Assembly (NCBI GenBank): GCA_965203275.1
Contig: OZ241865.1
Coordinates: 2,272,001 to 2,336,000 of the forward strand
Direction of reading: 5' to 3'
Length of the DNA stretch: 64,000 nt
Source: Bdellovibrionales bacterium
Lineage (GTDB): Bacteria; Bdellovibrionota; Bdellovibrionia; Bdellovibrionales; JAUICD01
Under the pieces are notes generated by a model that ran no database searches, was not told the origin of the DNA, and worked only from the letters and a program-made list of their open reading frames with translations. The position numbers and the translations under genes are program-made. The number at the start of each line of letters is the position of its first letter. The first letter of the stretch is position 1. Below, piece after piece: positions 1-9,440 of the stretch.

Positions 1-11
1 TAAAGAAGGGA

Positions 12-113
12 TCACTTGCCACCTCTAAAAGGTGGCATTTGTTTTATGAGTATTTTACAACAATGACTAGGATTATTTGTGATGACTGATTCTAGATATT
101 CAACTTGATACAT
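12..113 (-). pseudogene. Truncated RelE/ParE-like toxin remnant (33 codons)
   Basis: My translation: MYQVEYLESVITNNPSHCCKILIKQMPPFRGGK*. The start overlaps the antitoxin 3' end, the first ~12 aa resemble a RelE/ParE N-terminus, and the ORF then runs into a GC hairpin (17-37). Confidence 0.4.
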
Positions 114-336
114 TACGCCAAGCCTTTTTATGAGGTATACGTTTTTGTTTTTTTTGAGATAGACGTCGATCGGCTACCTTAGAAAAATAAAAATCTTCTT
201 GTAATTCTAAAGCTTGATGAATTAAGTCTAAGCTCAATGTAGAAAGTTTTTGTTGTTTCTTTTGAGATAACTTATCTAATAATAAATAAGTTTGATGGTC
301 TATTGTTAAATTGATCTTTTTTTTCATAACAGGCAT
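100..336 (-). CDS. Ribbon-helix-helix (CopG-like) antitoxin
   Basis: 78 aa; KKINLTID beta-strand then helices; C-terminal ELQED...IPHKKAW typical of type II antitoxins. Confidence 0.6.
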   Translation of the reverse strand: MPVMKKKINLTIDHQTYLLLDKLSQKKQQKLSTLSLDLIHQALELQEDFYFSKVADRRLSQKKQKRIPHKKAWRNVSS

Positions 337-433
337 TAAATATCCCCTATCTCCTTATTTTTTATAAAAAATTGATTTAAATATATACTTCTACAATAAC
401 CTTAAAATCATTCACTGTCAAATCTTTTTTGTC

Positions 434-1375
434 TTATATTTGCTTATTAGGGATGCAAGAGTATTTAGAGGCTTCATATCTTTTAGTAATTTGTTCACAC
501 CTTGTTTTAATAGAGCAAAATAATTCTTTATCAATTTGAAAGTTTGCTGGTGTAAATAAATCAATCCTTCGATCTTGCCTTATACGTTTTGCTTTAGTAA
601 TAATTCTTTCTTGGGATTCTTTTGGATCAAACACGCCAATAGTCATCCCTCCTCTGGCTCTCACAAGGGAAAAGGCAGGAATATCTGTATCCCCATCGCC
701 AATATAAATCATGTTTTCAAATGGACACCATTCTTCCCCTTTAGATACAAAGTCGTCCACCTTGTATGAAGATTGCTTTTTAAAACAGCCCTTTTGGATT
801 TCAAATAAGGCTCTTGTTTTAGACGTTTTATCCATACAGTAGATAGGGATATTTTTTTCAATTTTTTTAGTCTTTATATCTTTAATAGCTTTATATTTAC
901 ATCCAAAAAATTGATGAATTAGAGAAGTTTCTTTGTGACATTCAAACACAGAAGATACTAAGTCCTGAAGCCCTGCTGTTATAATAAAATGATGTATGGC
1001 CATATTGTTATCTTGATAGAGTGGTTGAGAGGATAAGTTTTTTATTTCTTTAAGTCCCTTTAAAACATCAGGGTAAAATTTTATTTTATAAGCAATAAGA
1101 CTTTCAAATGTTCCTTTATCATCTAAAGCTATTTTTTTGCCTTGCTGATCTTTAGCTATTTCTGACAAGCGATACATCCAAACAGGAGCTTCACTGGTTG
1201 AGATAGAATCCATTGGTTCTTTTGCATCTACTCCTGATATTTCTTTCACATCTATCCAAAACTGTTTTGTTGCTTTTTTTCCTATAAAAAGTTCAATTAA
1301 CTCAGTTGTAGAATCATTTGAAGTAAGGGTTTTGTCAAAGTCCCAGATTATAGCAATATTGTTTTTTTTATTCAT
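434..1375 (-). CDS. HAD-superfamily hydrolase
   Basis: Motif I WDFDKT, motif II ITAG, motif IV YIGDGDTD. Start moved to ATG 1375 (MNKKNNIAII) to avoid overlap with the upstream ORF. Confidence 0.85.
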   Translation of the reverse strand: MNKKNNIAIIWDFDKTLTSNDSTTELIELFIGKKATKQFWIDVKEISGVDAKEPMDSISTSEAPVWMYRLSEIAKDQQGKKIALDDKGTFESLIAYKIKFYPDVLKGLKEIKNLSSQPLYQDNNMAIHHFIITAGLQDLVSSVFECHKETSLIHQFFGCKYKAIKDIKTKKIEKNIPIYCMDKTSKTRALFEIQKGCFKKQSSYKVDDFVSKGEEWCPFENMIYIGDGDTDIPAFSLVRARGGMTIGVFDPKESQERIITKAKRIRQDRRIDLFTPANFQIDKELFCSIKTRCEQITKRYEASKYSCIPNKQI

Positions 1376-1388
1376 ATTTAAAACACAT

Positions 1389-1889
1389 TTATTGAGGTGG
1401 TTGATTTGATACTTCTTGCTCTTTTTTTCTCTTTTCTTCTCGCTTGTAAAACTCTTTCCAGTTTTCTTGGACTTGTGGGTCATCCCAAGCTTTCTTATTA
1501 AGCTGTTGAATCCTTCCATAATCAAAAGGCTTTTGAGATGTGTCCATTTCTTTTTGTTTTTCAGCTTTTTCTTTTTGCTTTCTTATTTTTTCTCGCTTGT
1601 AAAACTCTTTCCAGTTTTCTTGGACTTGTGGATCAGCCCAAGCCTTCTTATTAAGTTGTTGAATCCTCTGATAATCAAAAGGCTTTTGAGATGTGTCCAT
1701 TTCTTTTTGTTTTTCAGCTTTTTCTTTTTGCTTTCTTATTCTTTCTCGCTTGTAAAACTCTTCCCAATTTTTTTTGACTTGTGGATTAGCCCGGGCCTTT
1801 TCTTTGAGTTGTTGAATGTTGCTATAATCAAAAGGCTCTTGAGATGTGTCCACTTCTTTTTGTTTTGTGATGGTTGCTACTTTACTCAT
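1389..1889 (-). CDS. Hypothetical charged protein made of three 51-aa tandem repeats
   Basis: GGAGG RBS upstream; 153-nt period (GAGATGTGTCC at 1535, 1688, 1841); repeat unit DTSQKPFDY..IQQL..KA..PQV..NW.EFYKRE. Confidence 0.7.
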   Translation of the reverse strand: MSKVATITKQKEVDTSQEPFDYSNIQQLKEKARANPQVKKNWEEFYKRERIRKQKEKAEKQKEMDTSQKPFDYQRIQQLNKKAWADPQVQENWKEFYKREKIRKQKEKAEKQKEMDTSQKPFDYGRIQQLNKKAWDDPQVQENWKEFYKREEKRKKEQEVSNQPPQ

Positions 1890-2013
1890 TATAATACCTC
1901 CTTTAGATTTATATTTAGCATAGTATTATGCTATTTTGTACTTATGTTCATAATAATACATTTTTATAATAATGTCAAAAAATCTCGAGGCCATCCTATC
2001 CTCTTATTTTTTA

Positions 2014-5000
2014 TCAAGATGTTTTATTATTTAACAACCACTGTTTTACTTGTGTTGTTTTTGGAATTGTGAACTCAACTGTTACTATATCATCAAATGA
2101 TTTAATTTTAACTTCATTTCGATCTTTAGGAAATTTAAAAGGTTGAGAAAACCACTGAAAATCTGAAGACATAAGATGATAATCGCTTCTATTGGTTTCT
2201 TTTGCTTTTTTAAAATTTTCTTTATCTTCATAGAGTTTAATTTTTCCTTTCCATGAATCTCTCTTAGAAATAAAAGGAATAGAAATTTTACCAATATCGG
2301 CTATATTCATAGTGATCTTTGCATCACATCGACCTGAATCTTTATGCCTAACTTTAGCACATTGAATGCAACTATCAGTTATATCTTTTTGAGATATAGT
2401 CATCCATTCTATGGGTTCAATATTCCAGCTTTGAGGTAATCCTGAATAATGTTTTTTAGGTACAGAGTTTTGACTTAAAATAGTATGGGGCCTATCTTTT
2501 CCTTCAAGTCCATACTTTGCCAATGAATCGTCTGATACTGTTTGAATAATTGTTTTTCTATCCCATGTGTTACGTCTTAATCGAATATTTCCTATTGTTG
2601 TAAGTATAGGCAATGAATATACTTTTTTTACTTTTTGATGTGGATGTTGATGATCTTCTTCACGACGAAATAAAAGACACTGTTGAAGAAACTTTTGCAA
2701 AGATTGATTGGGATCAGTTTCATCAAGCTCTGATTTAAGTTTTTCCCAAGAACTATAAAAAGGTAACAAAATTTTATCTTTACTAATAAACTTTTGATTT
2801 TTCTTTTCTATGATGCACTTACTCCAATTGTCAATAGCATCTTTGACTGTTTGAGGCTCTTTTTTGCCATTTGGTGTGAGTGCTGTTTGGATTTTAGTTT
2901 TGATAGTTTGATAACTTAGACCATCAAGTAATTTAGCTTGCTTTTTTTCATCTTTGTCTGCTTCACGAATACCAATATCCATCAGAAATTCTTGTGCCTT
3001 TTTCTTATTTATAAACCATAATTGATAATTTTCATCTGAAAATTTTGATCTTATCAAAAACTCCTGATCTCTTAATAAGTGAAAATCTTTTTCTTGATAA
3101 GATACTGCATTTTTGGGATGAAATCCTTTTTGTATTGTACCATCATCATTTTGAATCAATGGGAAAAATCTCTCTCCTATACTATTATCTCTATGTATCT
3201 TATAACTGATTTTAATTTGTTCTTTTTTATTTTGACTTAATAATTGGCGATGATGAGTTTCTACTGTGTAAGCTTTTCTTTTTTCTAAACATTTCTCTTG
3301 CAGTTGGTTTGGTGGAACTTTGATTAGATTAAAAATAAGGTTTTTAGTCACTTCACCTGTGCCTCTATTCATAGGCTCTAAATGAATATTTTGATCTATA
3401 TTGAGTTTAAGGCTACCCTCCTTCTTATGTTGATCTACTGCAATGGCAAAAGCTAAAGTAGCGTCTATTAAATGAGAATACGGCTTTTGAGAGTTACCTT
3501 CTTTAGCATAATCTTTGAATTCTGAAATATTAGAATATTTTTCATAATCTTTTCTTAGATCATAAATGCCATCACCTCTTGTATTAGACTGAGCCTCTAC
3601 TCCAAACCAATCAAAGCAAATTTGATCTTGCCAACCAGCACGTTTAGCTTTTTTATAAAAATTATTAGCAAGTACTTGAGCAAAATGTGGTTGTGTCCCA
3701 TTAACAAATGTCTTTGAACGGCTACTAATAGCATCAATGACTTTTTGATGCAATTCATGGTCTGTTAAAAATAAAGCATGTCGAAAAGCCCTCTGCTCAT
3801 CAGAAGTTAAGTTGATCAAGTTAGTGTATTTGCCAAACTTAAAATCTTCACCTTTACCATGACCTATTTGCTCCTCAATCCACTTCATAATCTTTTGATG
3901 ATCTGTTGTACCAAATAATTTTTGTTTGTATTTATTATGTAATTTTTGTATTTGTAAAGGATTGTTTCCTTTTGTCTTTAATTTATCAATACCTTCTAAG
4001 TAATAAACGACTTTATCATCTGTTAATCTTTTTTGATTCTCTGGTTGTTTTTTATTATCTGTATTTTTTGCATTTGGATTTTGATCTTGAGAATCAATAA
4101 ATTTCTCTAACTGTTGATTTGATATTTGCAAAACAGTAGCTAAGTCTTTTAATAACTGGTAACGCTTTTGCCGAGGCTTGTGATTACAATAAGTTAAAAG
4201 ACAATCCCGATCTTCAAATCGACCTGTATCTTCATAGCCTCGCCCTTTAACCAAACGATATCGTGGGTGGATAAATAATCTGCCATCTTTTGCCCTTTGC
4301 CTTAATTTGTAATATTTGCAAAGTAAATGAAGAAATGATTTTTGCTCAAATAAATCATCTGTTTGAAAGTTTGGTGTTGTTTCTAGGTGATCTGGTAACT
4401 CACTCTTTTTGATCACATCTTCTAATTTGCTTTTGGTTTCTGAAATATCTTGGCCATCTCTTTTAAGTTGTTTGATTTTTTTAGCATGGCTAAAAATTTC
4501 ATTGAGGTTTAAAGGATCATCCTTTTTAACTCTATCAAAAATAAATTGCAAAATCCTTGCATCAAGGTTTTTTTGATTTCTCTTATAGGTATCTTTTTTC
4601 AATTGATCAGCTTTTTGATTGTTAAAATATGGCTTCTTTTGACCACTTTGTAGACCTTTTAGCTCACTTTCAAAATCTTCTAAATAATTTTGAGATAACT
4701 CTTTAAGGCTACTTAGCCACTCTTGCCATTGAGGATATTTGCTATCTAAATATACAGGATTAAGAATTAAGCTTTGACAATGAGGAGGACGACGATTGTT
4801 ATTATTTTGATAAGGAGGAATGGTCCATTTAGGGTCTTCTCTAAGCCAAAAGTCAATCACACTGCCTGTTTTGTTTTCTTTATCATAATAAGTTTTCCAG
4901 CATTTTTTTAGTTTGTTATAGTCATAAGCTTCATCTTGGCTTTTGTCTTTGTCTTTTTCTGTCACACGCCATTGTTTATCAAGCCATCTATCAAAATATT

Positions 5001-6393
5001 TATTAAGTCTTTTTTCACACCAATAGTCACCTTCTTGATGCTTGAAATCATTAAAGTATTTTCTGAGAGGTTTTAGTTCTAAATTACTGAGATGACCAAT
5101 TAAGTGGGTAAGGCTCTCAACAGTGAGAGGCTCTCTGTTTGTTGGTTTATATCTTTTTGAATGCAGATTTGAATGCAAATGATCACAAAACACTTTTAAA
5201 AATTTATTTTGCTTCTTTTGTTTTTCAGAATGATTTTTATATTCTAAAACATTTTTAACTTCTTCAAAGTATTTGCTACGATGACGACCACCTGATTTGA
5301 GTTCCTCAAGATTTTGATAGATTGCAAAAGCCAAATGATTCAAATGTGTTTTCTTCCATTCAAGTTTCTTTTTTTGATAGTCATTGTCTTTTGATTCTTC
5401 TCTTTCTGGCTCATCAAAAGCATTTTCTTCTATCTTTTTATCTAAGTCTTTAAAACTTTCTGATTTAAAATTCCAAAAAGAGTTTTTTATCTCCTGATCT
5501 TCTGTATCCGGCTCTGGAAGATGATCTTTTAATTTTTGAATGTTTTCTTTTCTATCTTCTAAATACTTAATGAAATTCATTGTGTTAGAACTAAATGCTG
5601 ACTCTTTGTTTTGCTCTGTTTCATTTTCTTCTTTCCAATGATCCCATTCTTTTAATATTGATGAAAAGAAATCTTGAGTTTGCTGATGAGAACTTTGTTT
5701 CTGCCATTCCTCTATAATCCATCTTGATACATCAGATAATTTTGATTTGTTTTTATTTTGCTTATCTTTGTAATATTTTTGAGGATCTGTACAAAGCTTT
5801 TTAATTTCTTTTGTTCTACTAATGAATACTTGCCTTGAGGCCATTCTGTTAGGTTCTTTATTTATAGCTTCATATATTTTATCTAACTTTTCTTGTCCTT
5901 CTTTAGTCCATTCTTGTATGGCTGTATCAAAATCATAGCCATCTTGATTTTTCTCAACTCCATCTGGTAATTCTTTTGGCAATTCTTCTGGTAATTCATT
6001 ATAAACCTCTGTTGGAAACTGGCTTAAAATTTCAGCATTATACTGCTCTGTCAAAAAACTAAAGCCTCTGCGGTTCAACAAAAAACTAATGGTTTGTTGT
6101 ATGTCAGAATTCCACTCTAAACCAAACCTCTCACACCAAATCAACTTAAAAAGCCTTTTGACCATTTGACGACGGTCAAATCCTCTCTTTTGATGACGTT
6201 GAGCTGTGCGATCTCTCATCAACAATGTATAAGCGTCTTTTTCTAGCTGATAAATCTTACCCTTTTGATTAAGAGAAGTTTTAGAGCTTAACTCTGTTCC
6301 TTCAACATAATGAGCCGTATAAACTCCAGTTGCTTTAGCTCCTAAATCAATAGCAATAGGATGAATTATTTTTTTCTTGCGATTTTGAGACAT
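2014..6393 (-). CDS. cas9: Type II-B (Francisella-like) Cas9, 1459 aa, apparently lacking RuvC-II and the HNH active site
   Basis: IHPIAIDLGAKATGV (RuvC-I), bridge helix RTAQRHQKRGFDRRQMVKRL, SGGRHRSKYF, LSNLELKPLRKYFND, TIPPYQNNNNRRPPHCQSL, YCNHKPRQKRYQLL, RAFRHALFL, SHLIDATLAF (RuvC-III) all match recalled FnCas9 blocks. No DHIIP-type HNH motif. ATG 6393 has a GGAGG RBS. Confidence 0.93.
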   Translation of the reverse strand: MSQNRKKKIIHPIAIDLGAKATGVYTAHYVEGTELSSKTSLNQKGKIYQLEKDAYTLLMRDRTAQRHQKRGFDRRQMVKRLFKLIWCERFGLEWNSDIQQTISFLLNRRGFSFLTEQYNAEILSQFPTEVYNELPEELPKELPDGVEKNQDGYDFDTAIQEWTKEGQEKLDKIYEAINKEPNRMASRQVFISRTKEIKKLCTDPQKYYKDKQNKNKSKLSDVSRWIIEEWQKQSSHQQTQDFFSSILKEWDHWKEENETEQNKESAFSSNTMNFIKYLEDRKENIQKLKDHLPEPDTEDQEIKNSFWNFKSESFKDLDKKIEENAFDEPEREESKDNDYQKKKLEWKKTHLNHLAFAIYQNLEELKSGGRHRSKYFEEVKNVLEYKNHSEKQKKQNKFLKVFCDHLHSNLHSKRYKPTNREPLTVESLTHLIGHLSNLELKPLRKYFNDFKHQEGDYWCEKRLNKYFDRWLDKQWRVTEKDKDKSQDEAYDYNKLKKCWKTYYDKENKTGSVIDFWLREDPKWTIPPYQNNNNRRPPHCQSLILNPVYLDSKYPQWQEWLSSLKELSQNYLEDFESELKGLQSGQKKPYFNNQKADQLKKDTYKRNQKNLDARILQFIFDRVKKDDPLNLNEIFSHAKKIKQLKRDGQDISETKSKLEDVIKKSELPDHLETTPNFQTDDLFEQKSFLHLLCKYYKLRQRAKDGRLFIHPRYRLVKGRGYEDTGRFEDRDCLLTYCNHKPRQKRYQLLKDLATVLQISNQQLEKFIDSQDQNPNAKNTDNKKQPENQKRLTDDKVVYYLEGIDKLKTKGNNPLQIQKLHNKYKQKLFGTTDHQKIMKWIEEQIGHGKGEDFKFGKYTNLINLTSDEQRAFRHALFLTDHELHQKVIDAISSRSKTFVNGTQPHFAQVLANNFYKKAKRAGWQDQICFDWFGVEAQSNTRGDGIYDLRKDYEKYSNISEFKDYAKEGNSQKPYSHLIDATLAFAIAVDQHKKEGSLKLNIDQNIHLEPMNRGTGEVTKNLIFNLIKVPPNQLQEKCLEKRKAYTVETHHRQLLSQNKKEQIKISYKIHRDNSIGERFFPLIQNDDGTIQKGFHPKNAVSYQEKDFHLLRDQEFLIRSKFSDENYQLWFINKKKAQEFLMDIGIREADKDEKKQAKLLDGLSYQTIKTKIQTALTPNGKKEPQTVKDAIDNWSKCIIEKKNQKFISKDKILLPFYSSWEKLKSELDETDPNQSLQKFLQQCLLFRREEDHQHPHQKVKKVYSLPILTTIGNIRLRRNTWDRKTIIQTVSDDSLAKYGLEGKDRPHTILSQNSVPKKHYSGLPQSWNIEPIEWMTISQKDITDSCIQCAKVRHKDSGRCDAKITMNIADIGKISIPFISKRDSWKGKIKLYEDKENFKKAKETNRSDYHLMSSDFQWFSQPFKFPKDRNEVKIKSFDDIVTVEFTIPKTTQVKQWLLNNKTS

Positions 6394-6431
6394 AAAACCT
6401 CCATAAGGCTCAATATAAGTGCTAAAATCGC

Positions 6432-6461
6432 TAAGGTATAACAATCTTTATTTATTGTCAA
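6432..6461 (-). promoter_or_regulatory. Putative sigma70 promoter of cas9
   Basis: Minus strand TTGACA-N17-TACCTT, about 40 nt upstream of ATG 6393. Confidence 0.45.
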
Positions 6462-6592
6462 ACTCAATCGTCAGACCCATTCATTAAGAGTGACCTTTAG
6501 AGATCTCATGCGAGGGGATCGTGTTTTTCTCTATAATACATCAAATTGTCAGAGTGTTTCTTTAGGAAGTGGTATAGTGGGAGATAATATTC

Positions 6593-6619
6593 CGGGATCC
6601 GGCATCCGGCAACCCGGCA
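6593..6619. repeat. GC-rich heptamer array (GATCCGG/CATCCGG/CAACCCGG)
   Basis: ccgggatccggcatccggcaacccggcaac; related arrays near 8385, 10147, 21904, 34074 and 57101. Confidence 0.75.
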
Positions 6620-6836
6620 ACAAAATGACAAAAGGAAAAGGAAATAAGGCAGAAAAAATGCGTAAAGACATTATAAATGGTTAGAAAGATTGAAAATATT
6701 TTAAACCTTTTCAAAATAAAATTTGTGGATGCTAAATTTTATAAAAAGATGTTGACAAACAAAATAAAATATGGTTTACAGACAGTTTTTAGTCTACAAA
6801 TAAAAAACAAAAATAAAGCTGTGAATTACTTACATT

Positions 6837-8129
6837 GTGAAAAAGATAATTTTATTACGTCAAGTCATTTTATTATGCATGCTATTTTTGATGGCCACAG
6901 ATGTTGCTGAAAGCCACACAGCAGATCAAATTTGTACTCATGTTCTCATTACAACCGATGATCAAAGGTTGGTTCATCTAAAGAAATATCTTGAAACTTA
7001 TAATAAGAAACCTTTTGACCAACCCAAAACCTCATTAGCAGAAGCCCTCGCAGAAATATTGTTACACATAAACCCTACTTTCAATAGAAAAATACCTTCA
7101 GATGCAACTGTAAAAAGAAATGTCTCTAATAGTACAATTGATGAGTATCAATTTTCAGATGATATTTTCAAACTCTATCGTTATCTTTCTTTTAACAGAG
7201 ATGAAGGTTCTGTACATTATGGAAGATGGCTTTTTTTCCAAATAAATCAAGAGCCTATAGAACATCCACTGGCCACAACTTACAATATACAACATACAGG
7301 TGTTGTGCTAACAATCGAATCCTTAGATAGAAATCTATATCGATATCATCTTTATTATATTGAAGATCAAGGACTTATTTTAGAAACTTTTGATCCTATA
7401 GTAGGGTTTGACTTTTATCTATCTTACAAAATAGACGATATACATATTGTTCTGCCTCATAAACAATCATATTTAAAGAGTAAAATGAAAAAACGTAATG
7501 ATTATTATATCCATTTGAATGAATATTCTATCAATCAAAATGCAAATATTTTTAGAAGAATGTTTAACCATCGAAAAATAGAGGATAACTATCAATTTAT
7601 ATCCTATGAGAATAATGAAAAAGAAATTGTTCCAGGTAAGATTCTTAATATTACAAGTCGTGTGACAGTTAAAGGTTTAATGGGCATTTTCTCCTTAGAC
7701 AACAGAGAAGAACTCAATAGTGTTTGGGTAGATGAAATATTGGGTGAAATTCTTATAACTTCTTATTTTTCAGAAGATAAAAATAAACCTTTTGACCCTT
7801 ATGCATTTATGAAGCCTCTGCCTCCTAAAAAGCCTCTTGATTATTATAGTGCTTTTAGATTTGCAAAAATTTTTCAATCAGGCCATTTAAAAGAGGATGA
7901 ACGTTTTATTTCTTATCCTATATCTCATCCAGATGGTCAAAGACGTATTGCTCAAATTATTCAGTGGGATGAATATCAAATGCAACTGATAGAATACAGA
8001 GGCAATGGAAAACCTTTTGTATTTAATCGAATTATATTATCAAGTAAACTTTTAGATAATATAACAATCAGTCGATATGCTAAAGAATATTTTACTCAAG
8101 TGGACTTTAATCGTTACTTATTTCACTAA
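6837..8129 (+). CDS. Secreted hypothetical protein
   Basis: 430-aa ORF with a signal-peptide-like N-terminus (MKKIILLRQVILLCMLFLMA); stop codon lies in the repeat end TTTCACTAA. Confidence 0.7.
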   Translation: MKKIILLRQVILLCMLFLMATDVAESHTADQICTHVLITTDDQRLVHLKKYLETYNKKPFDQPKTSLAEALAEILLHINPTFNRKIPSDATVKRNVSNSTIDEYQFSDDIFKLYRYLSFNRDEGSVHYGRWLFFQINQEPIEHPLATTYNIQHTGVVLTIESLDRNLYRYHLYYIEDQGLILETFDPIVGFDFYLSYKIDDIHIVLPHKQSYLKSKMKKRNDYYIHLNEYSINQNANIFRRMFNHRKIEDNYQFISYENNEKEIVPGKILNITSRVTVKGLMGIFSLDNREELNSVWVDEILGEILITSYFSEDKNKPFDPYAFMKPLPPKKPLDYYSAFRFAKIFQSGHLKEDERFISYPISHPDGQRRIAQIIQWDEYQMQLIEYRGNGKPFVFNRIILSSKLLDNITISRYAKEYFTQVDFNRYLFH

Positions 8130-8497
8130 AAGTGGTCTGACCTCTGGTCACTTTCTGGTTGCCAGCCGAAGGCTTTCGCCTTCTCAAATGCTGGCAACCT
8201 AGAAAGCCTGACCACTTTTAGTAGGGAGGATCTCCTCGTTTCTTAACAGGATGTTAAGGAAACAAAATGCTTTCAAAATTATATTAAAAGAGCAATGTCT
8301 CAAAAATCCGTTTATTTTTAGTAGGGAGGATCCTCTTGTCTCTTTACACGATGTTAAGGAAACAAGGCGTTTGCTTCACCCTTGCCTGATGCCGAGTTGC
8401 CGGTTTAGCTCACTAAAAGTGGTCTAGCCTCTGGCTACTTTCTGGCAATGACCACGATGGCTCTCGCCGTCGATCAAAGGCTAAAAACCCACTTTTT
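8121..8497 (+). repeat. Family A structured repeat cluster (REP/BIME-like)
   Basis: Full hairpin 8125-8222 (ACTAAAAGTGGTC...GACCACTTTTAGT), GTAG-GGAGGATC module, TTAACA-N3-TGTTAAGGAAAC palindrome and partial copies. Confidence 0.9.
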
Positions 8498-8748
8498 CAT
8501 GGGTTTGACAATTCTTAGCTATCATTTAATCATCGTGAAAGCCACAATAAAGCCACTTTCATAGAAAACTTTAACTTTAAAAGTTAAATAAAATTAAATA
8601 AAAGTTTACTTTTAATTTAAAAGGTTTATAATAATACTAAAGGTAGGTTGTAGGTTAAAATGACAAAAGTCTATCTTTTTTCTAAAATTTATGTATAAAG
8701 CTCCGATTAAATAAAATAAACATAGATCATAAAAACAGGGAGGCTTTT

Positions 8749-9138
8749 ATGATAGAGGATACTCCAAAGAATGGAGATTCGGCAGGACATGAACAAATCT
8801 CACAGAATAATACGAAAGGGTATTTTTGGACACCAAAAGATGTTGTAATTTTTTCTTTTGGAATCTTAGGCAGTCTTCTTTTGCTTCTTATAGTTGGTGT
8901 CGTTAGTGTTGCAGGAAGTTTGTTTTTTGTCGGTAGCATGTTAAATGAGCCTATCAAATCACAAATAAGCAGTTTCGAAGCAAAGCTTGATGAAAAATTT
9001 GATAGTCTAGCCGAGCAAAATAAAGAGTTTCAAGAAGCAATGATTGAACGAAATGAAAAGTTTGAAAAAGCAATGATTGAACGAAGTGAAAAGTTTGAAG
9101 ATACAGTTATTGACATTGTTAGAGCTTCAAATAATTGA
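8749..9138 (+). CDS. Small membrane protein with C-terminal coiled coil
   Basis: GGGAGG RBS; hydrophobic stretch at aa ~31-63; 11-aa tandem repeat EAMIERNEKFE/KAMIERSEKFE. Confidence 0.7.
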   Translation: MIEDTPKNGDSAGHEQISQNNTKGYFWTPKDVVIFSFGILGSLLLLLIVGVVSVAGSLFFVGSMLNEPIKSQISSFEAKLDEKFDSLAEQNKEFQEAMIERNEKFEKAMIERSEKFEDTVIDIVRASNN

Positions 9139-9440
9139 CTTTATCTAAAGGCCTAGCAACATTCAATTAATAATATATATAGAACGTCTAAAAAGAAAGT
9201 AGCTCAACAAAAGAGCTTTACAGCCCTTTTATTTTATTTAAGTAAATCTAAAGCCTTGCTGATAAAGTATTTGGATAGCAATTTAAGCTTTATCAAGGTA
9301 TGAAAAATCTTCATAGTTGCATTAACTTCTCTTACGATCTAAATAAATCTTTTTATAGAAATTTCTTGACTATTCAATTAATAGGCTTTATAATTCATTC
9401 TATTCATTAAAACAATTATAATAAACAGGAGGATTATATT

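Noticed and set aside
1416..2072. 218-aa plus-strand hydrophobic ORF
   Set aside because: Antisense shadow of the K/E-rich repeat gene.
8399..8430. tRNA gene (GCCGGTTTAGCTCA, also near 21691)
   Set aside because: It resembles a tRNA 5' end but has no anticodon arm, T-arm or acceptor complement; it is a junction between repeat modules.
1389..8500. CRISPR array or tracrRNA near cas9
   Set aside because: No constant 30-40-nt repeats with unique spacers; the 153-nt repeats are coding. I could not identify an anti-repeat by eye, and an array outside the window is not excluded.
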